Shown here piece after piece: positions 30,375 through 39,030 of a stretch of 64,000 bases of DNA. Numbering within the stretch: position 1 is the stretch's first letter; every line of letters begins with the position of its first letter. The stretch spans positions 16,630 to 80,629 of the forward strand of contig JAGLVB010000003.1 in the NCBI GenBank assembly GCA_023134135.1, given 5' to 3'. The position numbers were made by a program, and so were the translations under genes. Under the pieces are notes generated by a model that was not told the DNA's origin, ran no database searches, and worked only from the letters and a program-made list of their open reading frames with translations. The DNA comes from Candidatus Aenigmatarchaeota archaeon (lineage in GTDB: Archaea; Aenigmatarchaeota; Aenigmatarchaeia; QMZS01).

Positions 30375-30681
30375 ATTTCCACAAAGGATAATTAAAACTT
30401 AAAGAATCTAACTCGATGCCAAATTCACTAAACCCTGTTTCAGGATTGGTTAAAACTATTTCTTTTCCGTTAATAATTACGTTGGTTCTCTTTTTGTAAA
30501 TCTTAGTTAGCAATTTTTTATAATCCTCATCAAAATAAGGATAATTCAATATTTTTGCATTTGTTGGTCCTGCAACCATATAATATTTACGTTTAATTTC
30601 AGATATTCTGCCAATTACTGAAATATCCTGACCTCCATAATCAGCGCTGAATCTATCCAGTATTTTTCTTTTATTTACCAT
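30361..30681 (-). CDS. Hypothetical protein (possible OB-fold)
   Basis: 106-aa ORF overlapping the start of the next gene; ISVIGRI and VIINGKE strands. Confidence 0.5.
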   Translation of the reverse strand: MVNKRKILDRFSADYGGQDISVIGRISEIKRKYYMVAGPTNAKILNYPYFDEDYKKLLTKIYKKRTNVIINGKEIVLTNPETGFSEFGIELDSLSFNYPLWKYETR

Positions 30682-30754
30682 AATTTAGTAAATAATTTTT
30701 TTAAATATTGTTGAATTATAGAGGATTTTTATGGAGCTATTGTTGAATTAAAAT

Positions 30755-30967
30755 TTACAGGTAATTTTTAAATTTAGACAATCCTAAATTCAGATAATCA
30801 GATATTTCGGATTTGTAGTCAAAAGCATCAACAAATGCTGAATATGCTAATAATCCGCCAGCCAAAGCAGTGCCAATACCCGGAACTTGTCCTGTAATAA
30901 AATCTGCGCCTAATCCAGAACTACCTATAGCAATAATTTCCACCCCTCTGTTAAAAATATAGCCCAT
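30755..30967 (-). CDS. Small hydrophobic hypothetical protein
   Basis: 70 aa, Gly-rich hydrophobic segment. Confidence 0.45.
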   Translation of the reverse strand: MGYIFNRGVEIIAIGSSGLGADFITGQVPGIGTALAGGLLAYSAFVDAFDYKSEISDYLNLGLSKFKNYL

Positions 30968-31006
30968 AACAAAAATATTAATTAAATTTAAGTTATTTAT
31001 AATTTT

Positions 31007-31960
31007 CTAAGAATCCTCGGATTTTTTCGGGTAACTCTGTTTATAATCTTCTTTTGGGTCTTTTTTATACTCCGTAATCTGTTCTTTTGTGTATCCTTCT
31101 ATATGACCTTTTAAAAGATCTTTATGATTAAAATCCTCCAATCGCAAATCTTTCACAGGTTTTTCCAGATTTTCTGAATAATCTTTATTCTCTTCCTCCA
31201 AAGATTCGTCAGAATAATTATCACGAATTCCATTTGAATAATTCCCTTCAGGTCTATCAGTTTCAGATAAAACCTCAGAATTAGTTGAGGATTCAACAGG
31301 TTCAACTTCTCCGGAATAAACAGAATTTTCTTTGATTGAATTAGTTTCTTGGATTGGATTATTTGAATAATCAGCAATTGGTTTTACTTCCGCGCTTTTT
31401 TCCTGAAAAATATTCTTCTGTTTGTATTTTAGAGCAACATTCCTGAACTGCAATTCCTGATTTTTAACTTTTTCCAAATCCACATTATCAATTGTAAATT
31501 CTTTGGGTTCAACTTCATCTTTCCCAAGAGAAGTATTGGTAAACATAATATCGATTTCTTCCTGAATTGCAGTTCGGTTGCCCCTGAAAGTTCTTACAAA
31601 AGTATTTTCCACAGAACCAAAATAAACAGGTTTATTTTCCGAAGGCGGGATGTAAAATGCCAAAAGAATTTTTCGGTTTAGCTTATATTTTATGCATTTT
31701 ATATTTATTTTTTGATTGAAATTTACCTCTTTCAATAAAGATGAAAATTCCTGTTTAAATTCCTGCGGTTCCAGTATTCCAATAATTTCATAATTCCCCG
31801 GGGTTTTTTTAACTCCAAAAACAATCCACCCTCCCGCAGTATTTGAAAAAGCGGTTACGGATTCCATGCTGTTTTTTAAACTATCTTGTTTTGCTTCCTT
31901 GACTTCAAAATCTTCCCATTCGAGGTCGTTCAGCAGCCCAACAAATTCAGATTTATTCAT
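31007..31960 (-). CDS. AlbA_2 (Schlafen-like) domain protein with acidic disordered C-terminus
   Basis: EWEDFEVKEA, AFSNTAGGWIVFGV, KPVY; C-terminal half rich in E/S/N/D. Confidence 0.75.
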   Translation of the reverse strand: MNKSEFVGLLNDLEWEDFEVKEAKQDSLKNSMESVTAFSNTAGGWIVFGVKKTPGNYEIIGILEPQEFKQEFSSLLKEVNFNQKINIKCIKYKLNRKILLAFYIPPSENKPVYFGSVENTFVRTFRGNRTAIQEEIDIMFTNTSLGKDEVEPKEFTIDNVDLEKVKNQELQFRNVALKYKQKNIFQEKSAEVKPIADYSNNPIQETNSIKENSVYSGEVEPVESSTNSEVLSETDRPEGNYSNGIRDNYSDESLEEENKDYSENLEKPVKDLRLEDFNHKDLLKGHIEGYTKEQITEYKKDPKEDYKQSYPKKSEDS

Positions 31961-31974
31961 ATTATTGCAAATAT

Positions 31975-33537
31975 TTATCGTTCAAGAATGTCAAGATGGG
32001 CCTTAAGTTTAGTTTCCAGTCTGTCAATTCCTTTTCCCCCGCGACCTATCAATTTAGCAATTATTTTTTTATTAACATAAACTCTGAAATCAGTTCCTGA
32101 AGTGTGTTCTATTACAGCATTTTTATCATACTTGCTGATTTCCTTTTTTATCTGCTTGATTTTTTTTTCTACTTCTTTTTCATCAAACTCTTCAATTGGA
32201 ATAACAATAGTTTCTTCTCCGAAAGAATAAATCTCATACTCAAGTTTTCCGGTTTCAAATGACCTGATTTCCATTAAAGGTCTTGCCAAATCAGAGTCTC
32301 TCATTCCTGTGGGAATTCTCACTATTAAATCTGTGGAATAAACTTCTTCAATTTTACCGTCTTTTACAAAAATTATTGTATCCACAATATTATGAAGCAT
32401 TCCAAGTTCAACTTTATTAACAAATCTCTGGATTGAATCAATTGGCTTTGAAGCGTGAATCACCCCAACCATCCCAACGCCTGCGAGCCTTAAATCACTG
32501 AAAATCTTAAAATCAAAAGAGGTTCTTATTTCATCAAAAATCGTGTAATCAGGCCTGACCAATAACAATATTTCCGCTGTCTTTGCGAAGGATTTTGCCA
32601 ACGGGGCGTACTGAGTGATTTTTTCATCCACCTGCAAATCCCTTGGTTGTTCCATAGTCTTTACAATCTTATCCTGTTTCTGATAGAATTCAGCCAGACT
32701 TGCCGCCAGTGTTGATTTTCCGCTTCCGGGCGGACCTGAAATAAGAATGCCTCCCGCTTCGTCAGTTATTCTCTTTTTAAGTTTCTCTGAAAGTTCATAA
32801 TCATTAATATTTAATTTTGCTATTGGGCGCACAATTGTTATCTCCTCCGCGTCTGAAAAAGGAGGTCTTGTAATTGATATCCTCATATCCCTCACCTGCA
32901 AAACCATAGCTCCATATTCCTCAAATTCAACAAAAGCAAAATTCTTTCCCCTGATTTCCTTGAGGATGCTGGATGCAAGTTGTTCAAATTTTGATTTTGA
33001 AAGTTTTTCTTTCCCGACTTTTTTCAAATCCCATTTTCCCGGGTGTCCTCTTTTTGCGAGAGGGACGCAGTTCACCTTAAAATGCAATGACATTGTGTCT
33101 TTCGTGAGTAATTTTAAAAATTTAAGTTCTGCTTTTTTATGCGCGGTTTTAATGAATTTTACTTTCACTCCAAAAACTTCCGCAACAAGCGCCTGCACAA
33201 AATCCCTTGTATATAATGTTGCTTTGTGTTTCTGCGCAAGTTCTCTTATTAATGCATCAATTCTTCCTTTCTTTGCGAGTTTTATTTCTTCGATTGTTGG
33301 CTTCCTCCCCACAAATTCAAGCTTTACATTTCGTTTCCTTAATTCCTTAATTTCCTCCAAACCTAAAAAACCGATTTCTTTGCCTTTGTTTGCTTGAGCC
33401 TGAAGTTCATCAATAACAAATTCAGGAACAAGAACCTTTATTTTTTTTAGTTGTCCGCTGTCAATTAATTCAGTAAGTTTCTTCGAAATCAATACTGAAG
33501 TATCCGGCACAATTAATTCTTCTTTTCCGAAATTCAT
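31975..33537 (-). CDS. PIN-domain ATPase with KH domain (PINA)
   Basis: VPDTSVL PIN domain, GPPGSGKST, LLVRPDYTIFDEIR, LIGRGG KH motif. Confidence 0.92.
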   Translation of the reverse strand: MNFGKEELIVPDTSVLISKKLTELIDSGQLKKIKVLVPEFVIDELQAQANKGKEIGFLGLEEIKELRKRNVKLEFVGRKPTIEEIKLAKKGRIDALIRELAQKHKATLYTRDFVQALVAEVFGVKVKFIKTAHKKAELKFLKLLTKDTMSLHFKVNCVPLAKRGHPGKWDLKKVGKEKLSKSKFEQLASSILKEIRGKNFAFVEFEEYGAMVLQVRDMRISITRPPFSDAEEITIVRPIAKLNINDYELSEKLKKRITDEAGGILISGPPGSGKSTLAASLAEFYQKQDKIVKTMEQPRDLQVDEKITQYAPLAKSFAKTAEILLLVRPDYTIFDEIRTSFDFKIFSDLRLAGVGMVGVIHASKPIDSIQRFVNKVELGMLHNIVDTIIFVKDGKIEEVYSTDLIVRIPTGMRDSDLARPLMEIRSFETGKLEYEIYSFGEETIVIPIEEFDEKEVEKKIKQIKKEISKYDKNAVIEHTSGTDFRVYVNKKIIAKLIGRGGKGIDRLETKLKAHLDILER

Positions 33538-33538
33538 A

Positions 33539-33593
33539 ATAAATCTGAATAAATTAAAAGATAAGGATAAACTTGAATAAATTAAAATATAAG
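33539..33593. repeat. Tandem 27-bp duplication of the PINA promoter region
   Basis: ATAAATCTGAATAAATTAAAAGATAAG / ATAAACTTGAATAAATTAAAATATAAG. Confidence 0.7.
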
Positions 33594-33600
33594 AAGAAAT

Positions 33601-34200
33601 TTAGATTCTATAGGATTCTACTACAGTGTCCTCTACCAAAAAATGCTTGAAAAGGTCATTATCTTTTATAATCAAAACCTTGTTTGTTTTTTTGTTACTG
33701 CACCAAGCACTGCCACTATTATTTTTATTATGACCTAAATAATCAAAAAGAGCAAAGTCTGTGCCAACACTGTAGAATTCAGATCCATCTAAGATGTCTG
33801 GACCTCCTTTTTTTATCAGGAAATAAGAATTAGAAATATCTTTCTTTAGTTCTGTTAATTCTTTCTTGTAATTTTCAGGGAGCTCTGCATTATCAAATAA
33901 AAAAATATTTGCGGGAACATATAATGCATTTAAGATTTTTGTTGGTGAAGGTAAATAAGAACTCTTTCCATCTTCTGAAATATAATCATCATAATTGTCT
34001 TTTAAGGCTCCTCGCGTTTCCCCATTTAAAAGTTCTTCCAAAAAATCCTCTGTTAAAATACCAAATACACACCTCCTACTCTTTGGTGCTAATTTAGGTA
34101 ATTCCTGAAGACCTTCCTTCCAGTCATACTCTTTCCAAGTTCTTTCAGGTTCACAAACATCCAGCAATTTTTCCTTAAGATCTTCATACCATTTACCCAT
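33601..34200 (-). CDS. Hypothetical protein
   Basis: 199-aa ORF. Confidence 0.6.
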   Translation of the reverse strand: MGKWYEDLKEKLLDVCEPERTWKEYDWKEGLQELPKLAPKSRRCVFGILTEDFLEELLNGETRGALKDNYDDYISEDGKSSYLPSPTKILNALYVPANIFLFDNAELPENYKKELTELKKDISNSYFLIKKGGPDILDGSEFYSVGTDFALFDYLGHNKNNSGSAWCSNKKTNKVLIIKDNDLFKHFLVEDTVVESYRI

Positions 34201-34250
34201 AATAACAAAAACAATATATATTAGATTATTGCTTTCAAAAGAATTATATT

Positions 34251-34856
34251 ATGTATCTTAACGCAAAAGAAGGCGAGTATCTTGTGAGGCTTGCAAGAAA
34301 TTCAATTGCGCATTATCTTGAAAATCTTCTTCCAATGATTCCCCCAAAACCAGATTTTCCAGAACTGCTTGAAAAAAAAGGGGTTTTCTGCACACTGCTT
34401 AAACATTCAGGCGGGGATTTAAAAGGATGCATTGGTCTGATTGATTCTGACAAGAACCTGATTAACGGGGTTATAGAAACAAGTTGTTCCGCAACTCAGG
34501 ACCCAAGATTCCTGCCTTTAATCATAGAAGAACTTGATAAAATTGTAATTGAAATAACTGTGTTGAGCGATATGCAGAAAATTCTTGTTTATCAACCAAG
34601 GGATTACCTGAATGAAATCAAGATTGGAGAAGACGGGTTGTTTATTAAATACAAATATAATTCGGGTATTTTCCTTCCTCAGGTTCCTGTTGAACAGGAA
34701 TGGAACCTGAAAACTTATTTGTGCGAACTGTGCCTTAAAGCCGGTCTTGATGAAGATGCGTGGATTATGAAACCCGTGAATTTATATAAATTCCAGGCGC
34801 AGATATTTTCAGAGACCGAACCGAGAGGAGGGGTTTTTGAGAAGAAATTGAAATAA
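34251..34856 (+). CDS. AMMECR1-domain protein (TIGR00296)
   Basis: GVFCTL, LKGCIG, DPRF, IEITVLS, FLPQVPVEQ.W, LCLKAGL. Confidence 0.92.
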   Translation: MYLNAKEGEYLVRLARNSIAHYLENLLPMIPPKPDFPELLEKKGVFCTLLKHSGGDLKGCIGLIDSDKNLINGVIETSCSATQDPRFLPLIIEELDKIVIEITVLSDMQKILVYQPRDYLNEIKIGEDGLFIKYKYNSGIFLPQVPVEQEWNLKTYLCELCLKAGLDEDAWIMKPVNLYKFQAQIFSETEPRGGVFEKKLK

Positions 34857-34883
34857 GTGTTTAGTTTTTTGAAAGACAAATAT

Positions 34884-35825
34884 ATGGAAAAAAGAAAAAT
34901 TCTGGTGACTTCATATAAAAATCCTGATTTGGACGGCACAGCCTGCGTTTTTTCATATGCGGAATATTTGCAAAAAAATGGCAAAGAAATAGTTTCAGGA
35001 ATTTTTGGAACACCTTACAGGGAAGCTCAATTTGTGATTAATAAATTCAATATTCCTCCAATAAAAAATGCAGAAGAACTTATTAATAACTACGATATTG
35101 TCCTTGTTGATTGCAGTGAATTGGCCGGAATTTCAGATAAAATAAATCCTGATAAAGTGATTGAAATTATTGACCATAGAAAACTTACTGAAGCTCGCAA
35201 TTTTCCTAATGCAAAAATACAGATTGAACTTGTTGGCTCAGCAGCTACTTTAATTGCTGAAAAATTTTATGAAACCCAAACAGAAATCTCTGAAGAATCT
35301 GCTGTATTTCTCTTTTCTGCCATTATCTCCAACACAATTAATTTTCAGGCTAAAGTAACTACAGATAGAGACTCTAAGATGGCAAATTGGCTGAAATCAA
35401 AGTGCAGGATTCCGGAAAATTATATTCATGAAATGTTTTCTGATAAATCAAAATTTGATAAACCTCTGAAAGAAATATTTATTGATGATTTTTCAATATT
35501 TCAGATTGAAGGATTTAAAATTGGGATTGCCCAGCTTGAAATTATTGAAGTTGATAAGTTTATCAGCGATAGATTAGAAGAAATTAAGAAAGTTTTGTTG
35601 GATTTGAAACAATCAAACTCATTGGATTTTATTTTCTTGACTTGCATTGATATTGAAAAATTATTTAACAAACTGGTTATTGTTGATAATAAAACTAAAA
35701 ACCTGATTGAAAAAACACTTCAGATTAACTTTAAGGAAAAAATTGCCAGAAGAGAGGGAATAATTATGAGAAAAGAAATTGTTCCTAAAATCAAAGAATT
35801 TCTTGAAAAAAGCAATATAAATTAA
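34884..35825 (+). CDS. Family II (DHH/DHHA2) Mn-dependent inorganic pyrophosphatase-like protein, divergent copy
   Basis: YKNPDLDG, LVD, IIDHR, VGS.AT, AIISNT, GIAQLE, MRKEIVP; several canonical residues altered. Confidence 0.8.
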   Translation: MEKRKILVTSYKNPDLDGTACVFSYAEYLQKNGKEIVSGIFGTPYREAQFVINKFNIPPIKNAEELINNYDIVLVDCSELAGISDKINPDKVIEIIDHRKLTEARNFPNAKIQIELVGSAATLIAEKFYETQTEISEESAVFLFSAIISNTINFQAKVTTDRDSKMANWLKSKCRIPENYIHEMFSDKSKFDKPLKEIFIDDFSIFQIEGFKIGIAQLEIIEVDKFISDRLEEIKKVLLDLKQSNSLDFIFLTCIDIEKLFNKLVIVDNKTKNLIEKTLQINFKEKIARREGIIMRKEIVPKIKEFLEKSNIN

Positions 35826-35844
35826 TTAAATTTTTATTAGATGT

Positions 35845-36465
35845 ATGGAAATATTAAAAAAATATGAAGAAGGTTGCGCGCATTGTCCAGGGGGTATTGG
35901 ATTACAATATCCTCTGTCTAAAGATAAAATTTTACAGGTTGTTTGCGATGTTCATCCTCTGGTGCAGGGTCATATTCTAATAATACCTAAAGAACATATT
36001 TCCTGTATGGGTAATCTGCCGGATGAAAAATTTGCCAGATATGAAGAATTATATAACAAAGTAAAACATTTTGTAAGTGAATATTACGGTCCCACCGCAG
36101 TCTTTGAACATGGTGTTACCGGACAAACTGTGTTTCATGCGCATACTCACTTTTTTCCTTATAAAGGAACTACAAATTCAATTATACCTCAGGATTATGC
36201 TTTGAAAAAAATTGATTCCTTCCATGATATTAAGAAAGAATTTGATGAAAAAAACAAATATTTATTTTTGGAAAACAATAACGAAATGTATATGGTGGAT
36301 ACTGATTTAGGATATCCCAGATTCTTCAGGGAAATTTTTGCAAAGTTGCTAAATGTTGAAGAAAGGGCAAATTGGAAGAAAACAATGGAGAATGAAGAGT
36401 TAATGAGGCAATTTAAAACAGATATAAAAGAATTAACCGCTAAATGGCGAAAATACAATAAATAA
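35845..36465 (+). CDS. HIT-family hydrolase
   Basis: CAHC, PLVQGHILIIPKEH, GQTVFHAHTH. Confidence 0.85.
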   Translation: MEILKKYEEGCAHCPGGIGLQYPLSKDKILQVVCDVHPLVQGHILIIPKEHISCMGNLPDEKFARYEELYNKVKHFVSEYYGPTAVFEHGVTGQTVFHAHTHFFPYKGTTNSIIPQDYALKKIDSFHDIKKEFDEKNKYLFLENNNEMYMVDTDLGYPRFFREIFAKLLNVEERANWKKTMENEELMRQFKTDIKELTAKWRKYNK

Positions 36466-36494
36466 AGTGTTTATCAATTATTTCAAATAATTTT

Positions 36495-37367
36495 ATGTTC
36501 GCAGATATTTCAGAAGCGATTAGAGAGATTAAGAGTAAAGATTATAAGAGAATTCTGATTCAGGTGCCAGAAGGCCTAAAAACAGAGGTTTCCCGCATTG
36601 CGTCTAAAATAGAAAAAGAATGCTGTGTGGATGTTTTTATAGCCGCTGAACCTTGTTACGGAGCCTGCGATTTGCCTCTTAAAGAAGCAGAAGTTTCGGG
36701 GTGCGACATAATTATTCATTTTGGTCATTATGATTTTGGGGTTAAAACCCAGATTCCAGTGGTCTATGTTCCTGTTGAGATTAAAGCTGAGATTTCAGAG
36801 GAACTAAAAAAAGAAATTGAAAAAATTGAAGAGAAAAAAATAGGTATTTATTCTTCAGAACCATTCAGGAGACTTCTTGAGTCATTTAGGGATTATCTGG
36901 AAGATAATGGGAAAGAGGTTGTTGATAAAAGGATTATTTTGGGATGTTCAGATTTTGAACCTTTGGGTGAATTAAATATTTTCATTGGATCCGGGAAATT
37001 CCACCCACTTGCCCTGAAAGGAAAAACTTATTTTTTGAATCTTGAGAAGAACAGGTTTGAGGATTTAAGCGGGGAACTTATGAGAGAAGAAATGAGAAAA
37101 GCCGCAAGAGTTTCAAAATTTAAGGATGCGAAAAAAGTGGGAATTCTTGTATCCACCAAACCCGGGCAGTTTTACAAAGAATATGAACAACTTGAGGATA
37201 AACTAAGAGAACAGGGCAAAAAAACAAAGATTTTGATATTTGATATGATTACAAATGAGAAATTGATGGGGCTGGATTTTGAGGTTTATGTGAATACCGC
37301 CTGCCCAAGAATTCTTGACAATCCTTTTGACAAGCCCGTGGTTAATTTGAGGGATTTGTCAGTTTAG
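36495..37367 (+). CDS. dph2: Diphthamide biosynthesis enzyme Dph2
   Basis: IQVPEGLK, PCYGACD, ILGC, GKFH, STKPGQ, NTACPR. Confidence 0.92.
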   Translation: MFADISEAIREIKSKDYKRILIQVPEGLKTEVSRIASKIEKECCVDVFIAAEPCYGACDLPLKEAEVSGCDIIIHFGHYDFGVKTQIPVVYVPVEIKAEISEELKKEIEKIEEKKIGIYSSEPFRRLLESFRDYLEDNGKEVVDKRIILGCSDFEPLGELNIFIGSGKFHPLALKGKTYFLNLEKNRFEDLSGELMREEMRKAARVSKFKDAKKVGILVSTKPGQFYKEYEQLEDKLREQGKKTKILIFDMITNEKLMGLDFEVYVNTACPRILDNPFDKPVVNLRDLSV

Positions 37368-37691
37368 TTTATTTCTCTTCTTTTCCAGCAGGTCTTTTAA
37401 ATCGATTTTCCATTTCTCTGTTCTGGGTTTAAGGTGTTCAAGTTTTTTCTCGAATTCAGAATCCAAATCGAAATTATACACATTTGCAAGCTCTAAGATA
37501 CATATTAATACATCCGCAATTTCCCCCTTTAATTATTCTATATCCTCGGTTTCCTCGTAGATTTCTTTCTTCATAATTTCATTGGCAACTTCCCCAACTT
37601 CTTCTGTTAAAGCAACAAATGAAGCTAATCTCGGGTGTTCTATTTCTCCAAGCAACTCCTTAATCTTTTGCTGGGCTTGTTGAATTTCCAT
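37359..37691 (-). pseudogene. MazG-like nucleotide pyrophosphohydrolase with in-frame TAA (37533-37535)
   Basis: Not in ORF track. Manual translation: MEIQQAQQ...LTEEVGEVANE...EDIE*LKGEIADVL...KRNKLN; EExGE and ExxD motifs lie either side of the stop. Confidence 0.8.
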
Positions 37692-37750
37692 AATTTAATT
37701 GGATTTAAAAGGTATTTTGATTAAATATTATATTTCTGGGTAGAACTCTG

Positions 37751-38072
37751 GTTAATAATTATCTTCAATTATTCCCATTGCTCAATAACAACAAATATTT
37801 CTTTGGAATAATTGTAATTATTCAGAGTTAATAGTATTCTTAAGTTATTTCATTTATTATCTTAATCCCATCCAATTAAAAATCTCCCTGAATTCTTATT
37901 CCAATCCTCACACCGATTAACAATTATCTTCAAGTCTCACATTAATTTTCTCTTTAACAATTTTCTTTATTCATCTTAATCCTCACATTTTTCATTTATC
38001 TTTTTTATCTCTCCGATTAATAAACCACTCAATTCTGATTCTAACCCTCACATTGATTAATAATCTTCTTCA
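37751..38072. repeat. Stack of degenerate direct repeats
   Basis: 38041-38072 vs 37901-37932 25/32 identical; partial copies near 37751, 37861, 37976, 38011. Confidence 0.6.
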
Positions 38073-38140
38073 CTTATTACATTAATCCCGTTCATTTTTA
38101 AAAGCGCTGAAGCAGTCCCATTACCATTAACAACTTCCTT
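38057..38140 (-). pseudogene. C-terminal remnant of a DUF523 (2-thiouracil desulfurase family) gene
   Basis: Translates KEVVNGNGTASALLKMNGINVISEEDY*, matching the DUF523 C-terminal G.G.TA.LL..NGI.V.SEE pattern. Confidence 0.65.
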
Positions 38141-38158
38141 AGGGTTTTATTATACTAT

Positions 38159-38761
38159 TTAAATTTTTCCATAGTGTTTCTTAACTTTTTCTGGTAAATA
38201 AGAAAACTTTTTAATACCTTTCCACCAATTGGTTGAATTCTGTTCTTTTAAAATAGTTCCAAGCCTCTTTGCAGATTCTGTTTGTAGCCTTTCAATTTGA
38301 TTAACAATCCAATCTTCAGTTTCATATCCTTTTTCTAAGAGTTCTTTTGTAGTTACAGCCAACTCAAGTAAATCAGCATCCCTCGCAATAATACCTGCTT
38401 TGTCCTCTGCATGTTCAAATTTTTCCCAAAGTTCAAAAATTTCCTTACCAATATCTCCAAGTTTATCCGTTTGTTCTTTAACTGCATTTGCTTCATCACA
38501 TTTTATATATCTACTTGCAATCTTGTTTATATCTCCAACCCTGCATTCTCCGATTTCGTGAAAAACAGCAATTGTGCAGACTTCATAAGGATTCTCATAA
38601 TTTTCAAGTTTTGCAAGGAGATAAGCGATTTGCGCTACTCTTAAGGTATGTTCTCCTATACTATCTCTATCTTTGACCCCTGCTAACCTTAATCCATCAT
38701 GATTAACAAATCTTTGTTGCCCAAGTTCAAATATAAAATCCCATATATTTTCATCTTCCAT
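38159..38761 (-). CDS. HD-domain hydrolase (YfbR/HDDC2-like 5'-nucleotidase)
   Basis: SIGEHTLRVA, VFHE (HD variant), GDI, RDADLLE. Confidence 0.82.
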   Translation of the reverse strand: MEDENIWDFIFELGQQRFVNHDGLRLAGVKDRDSIGEHTLRVAQIAYLLAKLENYENPYEVCTIAVFHEIGECRVGDINKIASRYIKCDEANAVKEQTDKLGDIGKEIFELWEKFEHAEDKAGIIARDADLLELAVTTKELLEKGYETEDWIVNQIERLQTESAKRLGTILKEQNSTNWWKGIKKFSYLPEKVKKHYGKI

Positions 38762-38796
38762 AATTAATTGATTTATCTTTTTTTAAAATATTGGAG

Positions 38797-38835
38797 TTAC
38801 CCAAATCCCAACAGACAAGCGCTGCAAAGTTTCAT
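38797..38835 (-). pseudogene. N-terminal remnant of the DUF523 gene
   Basis: ATG start, MKLCSACLLGFG*; SACLLG is the DUF523 N-terminal signature. Confidence 0.6.
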
Positions 38836-38961
38836 ATTCAGATATGTTATAAAATTTTATAAACCCTTTTATTCAATTATTTTTGGTAATTTTCTTTTTC
38901 TGTGGTTTTATAGTTTTATTATTTTCTTCTTTCTTCAAATATTTTATTATTCCAGTTTCCT

Positions 38962-39030
38962 CGTTGCGTAGCAACGGGACATTCTTTTGCTTTGCAAAAG
39001 ATGCATCGTTTTTGGAAACGCTTGCACCGT
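38962..39030 (+). repeat. Palindromic repeat family copy downstream of the PPase gene
   Basis: CGTTGC-GTA-GCAACG, then GGACATT CTTTTGC TTT GCAAAAG ATGCATCGT, then TGCACCGT. Confidence 0.75.

Noticed and set aside
1106-37535. Stop-codon reassignment suggested by two in-frame stops
   Set aside because: The two stops differ (TAG and TAA) and both codons terminate intact conserved genes elsewhere in the window
37751-38072. Possible CRISPR array
   Set aside because: Repeats are degenerate and irregularly spaced, overlap a gene remnant, and no cas genes are in the window
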